NCBI GenBank assembly: GCA_015523565.1
Contig: WAKA01000156.1
Span: 1 to 50,604, forward strand
DNA: 50,604 nt
Direction: 5' to 3'
Source: Candidatus Heimdallarchaeota archaeon
GTDB lineage: Archaea > Asgardarchaeota > Heimdallarchaeia > Heimdallarchaeales > Kariarchaeaceae
Positions 49,220-50,604 of the stretch are shown piece by piece. A program made the translations under genes and the position numbers. The notes below the pieces were generated by a model. The model had not been told where the DNA came from. It ran no database searches and saw nothing but the letters and a program-made list of their open reading frames with translations. The first letter of the stretch is position 1. Every line of letters starts with the position of its first letter.

Positions 49220-50440
49220 TTATTCTGAAGATTGAATCCCTTGCCCTGTAATCTCAAAAACGGCTTCACTTTCCGGTAAAACCGGACTGTCAAAAACCTT
49301 GATTACCCGTTTCTCGCCCTTCGACTTTCTCAAGTAAAAACGTGTGCCTGCCCAATGCCCCATGATGTTGCCGCCGACTGCTGTGGTTGGATCACCAAAG
49401 AATTGAGCTGGGTTTGCCTGAACTTGGTTGGTGACAACAACAGCCACATTGTAGGTATCTGCAAGCCTGTGAAGGCTGTTCAGGTGGGCATTGAGGATCT
49501 GTTGCCTTTCTGCAAGCGTCCCCCTTCCTGCATATTCTGCCCTGAAATGAGCCGTGACCGAGTCAACTATGACAATTCCATATTCATCAGGATGTTTACC
49601 CAAGAACTCTAAAAGCTTGATCACTGCAACCTGCTGATTGTCACTGTTTTTTGCGCGTGCATAAAGTACATCTCGAAGAACATCATTGACATCTTTTCCC
49701 CATCCTTTGTCTCGAAATCGGTTTGCAATCTGGACAATCCTTGAAGGTGAAAAAGTACCTTCTGTATCTATATAGATCGCTTTTTTCCCCAATCCCCCCA
49801 TTTCTGGAGGCAATTGGACAGTAACTGCAAGCTGATGACAAATCTGTGATTTGCCTGATCTGAATGATCCAAAAAATTCGTATGTCTCTCCTCTTCTTAT
49901 TCCCCCATTTCCCAATTCCTCAACAAATGTCAATTTATCCAGTGTTTCCGCCCCAAAAGTGAACGTCTCTGACTGTTGCATTCTTTCAAGCACTTCTAAT
50001 CCTGTCGTAAACAGTCCTCCTCTGATTGTTTCCACAATGAATGTCTGGTATCTCATTGCCGCATTTGCAGTCAATCCATACCTTTCCTCCAATTCCTTGA
50101 CTGGAGTCGTTTCAAGCAACCCAATGCTCATCCCCTTTTCCCTAAGGGATCTTGCCGTTGTTGGTCCAATCCCTTCTATGTCTTCCAAATCTATTTCTGG
50201 TTCATAGTTTGGGTATAGCTCTGGAAACATTTCTGCAATGTTTGATCTTAATTTTTTTGCCGCAGGTCTTGTAAGCCCCGCATTTTCCAACTCTATCATT
50301 GACGCTTCCATCAATTTCCGAGGGGTGTCTATTCCCTCTTCAATTAGCATCTTTGCGGTTTTAGGTCCCAATCCGGGAACATCCTGCAATGCCATGTGAT
50401 CAATGGTCAAAATATTTTCATTTTCCAATTCTGTTGCCAT
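49220..50440 (-). CDS. radA: RadA/Rad51 recombinase with tandem N-terminal HhH domains
   Basis: GSFRSGKS, YIDTEGTF, IVDS, FRAEY.GRG.LAERQQ, TNQV, DSP.LPESEA; ATG at 50440. Confidence 0.93.
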   Translation of the reverse strand: MATELENENILTIDHMALQDVPGLGPKTAKMLIEEGIDTPRKLMEASMIELENAGLTRPAAKKLRSNIAEMFPELYPNYEPEIDLEDIEGIGPTTARSLREKGMSIGLLETTPVKELEERYGLTANAAMRYQTFIVETIRGGLFTTGLEVLERMQQSETFTFGAETLDKLTFVEELGNGGIRRGETYEFFGSFRSGKSQICHQLAVTVQLPPEMGGLGKKAIYIDTEGTFSPSRIVQIANRFRDKGWGKDVNDVLRDVLYARAKNSDNQQVAVIKLLEFLGKHPDEYGIVIVDSVTAHFRAEYAGRGTLAERQQILNAHLNSLHRLADTYNVAVVVTNQVQANPAQFFGDPTTAVGGNIMGHWAGTRFYLRKSKGEKRVIKVFDSPVLPESEAVFEITGQGIQSSE

Positions 50441-50604
50441 TATGTAATCTTTGGAAATTCTAGAATATAGTATAAGGGAGGCGTGGATAAAACTGAATGC
50501 GCATTTTAATAACACGCAAGGGAAAATGTAAAAATAGTCTGTTCAATAAGACTATGAGGGAGACCTCCTGATGATCTTTGCACCTATTGACTCAAACACT
50601 GTAT

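Noticed and set aside
1048-50207. Numerous short antisense or overlapping ORFs in the track (e.g. 12469-12960, 16209-16733, 9543-9968)
   Set aside because: Shadows of well-supported genes on the opposite strand or frame, with no motifs of their own
1-50604. CRISPR arrays, tRNA/rRNA genes, transposases, integrases, inteins
   Set aside because: No regularly spaced repeats, cloverleafs or mobile-element motifs seen; RadA is continuous after Walker A, so it has no intein
50571-50604. Possible ORF start ATGATCTTTGCACC or C/D-box-like TGATGA
   Set aside because: Truncated by the window edge; cannot be supported

Overview
Gene-dense, AT-rich archaeal chromosomal segment, most likely from an Asgard archaeon (inference from a Rab-like GTPase, a longin-like domain protein, many alpha-solenoid proteins, RadA with Rad51-like motifs, and archaeal aIF2-alpha/Nop10/uS15/Pcc1/DGGGP synthase/TyrRS). 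About 45 CDSs. Left third: translation and RNA-modification genes (Pcc1, TrmJ, PrmC, KsgA, METTL5, Nop10, aIF2-alpha, uS15) plus a catalytically degenerate GAN/Cdc45-like DHH protein. Middle: tandem regulators, a secreted subtilase locus, and a Sel1/UbiA/Rab-like/longin/solenoid cluster. Right third: metabolic genes (NAD kinase, two AKRs, heterodimeric ABC exporter, TldD/TldE, acyl-CoA dehydrogenase, MTA deaminase/MTI phosphorylase, YdeP-like oxidoreductase) and RadA with two N-terminal HhH domains. No tRNA, rRNA, CRISPR array or transposase was recognised. Best leads: (1) a long GAAA-capped hairpin with a G.U/G-C motif in the uS15 leader, a candidate autoregulatory RNA; (2) a prmC gene whose conserved N-terminus has no canonical start codon and overlaps ksgA; (3) the Rab-longin-solenoid cluster; (4) the inactive GAN; (5) the double-HhH RadA. 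All calls come from motif recognition by eye; no searches were run.
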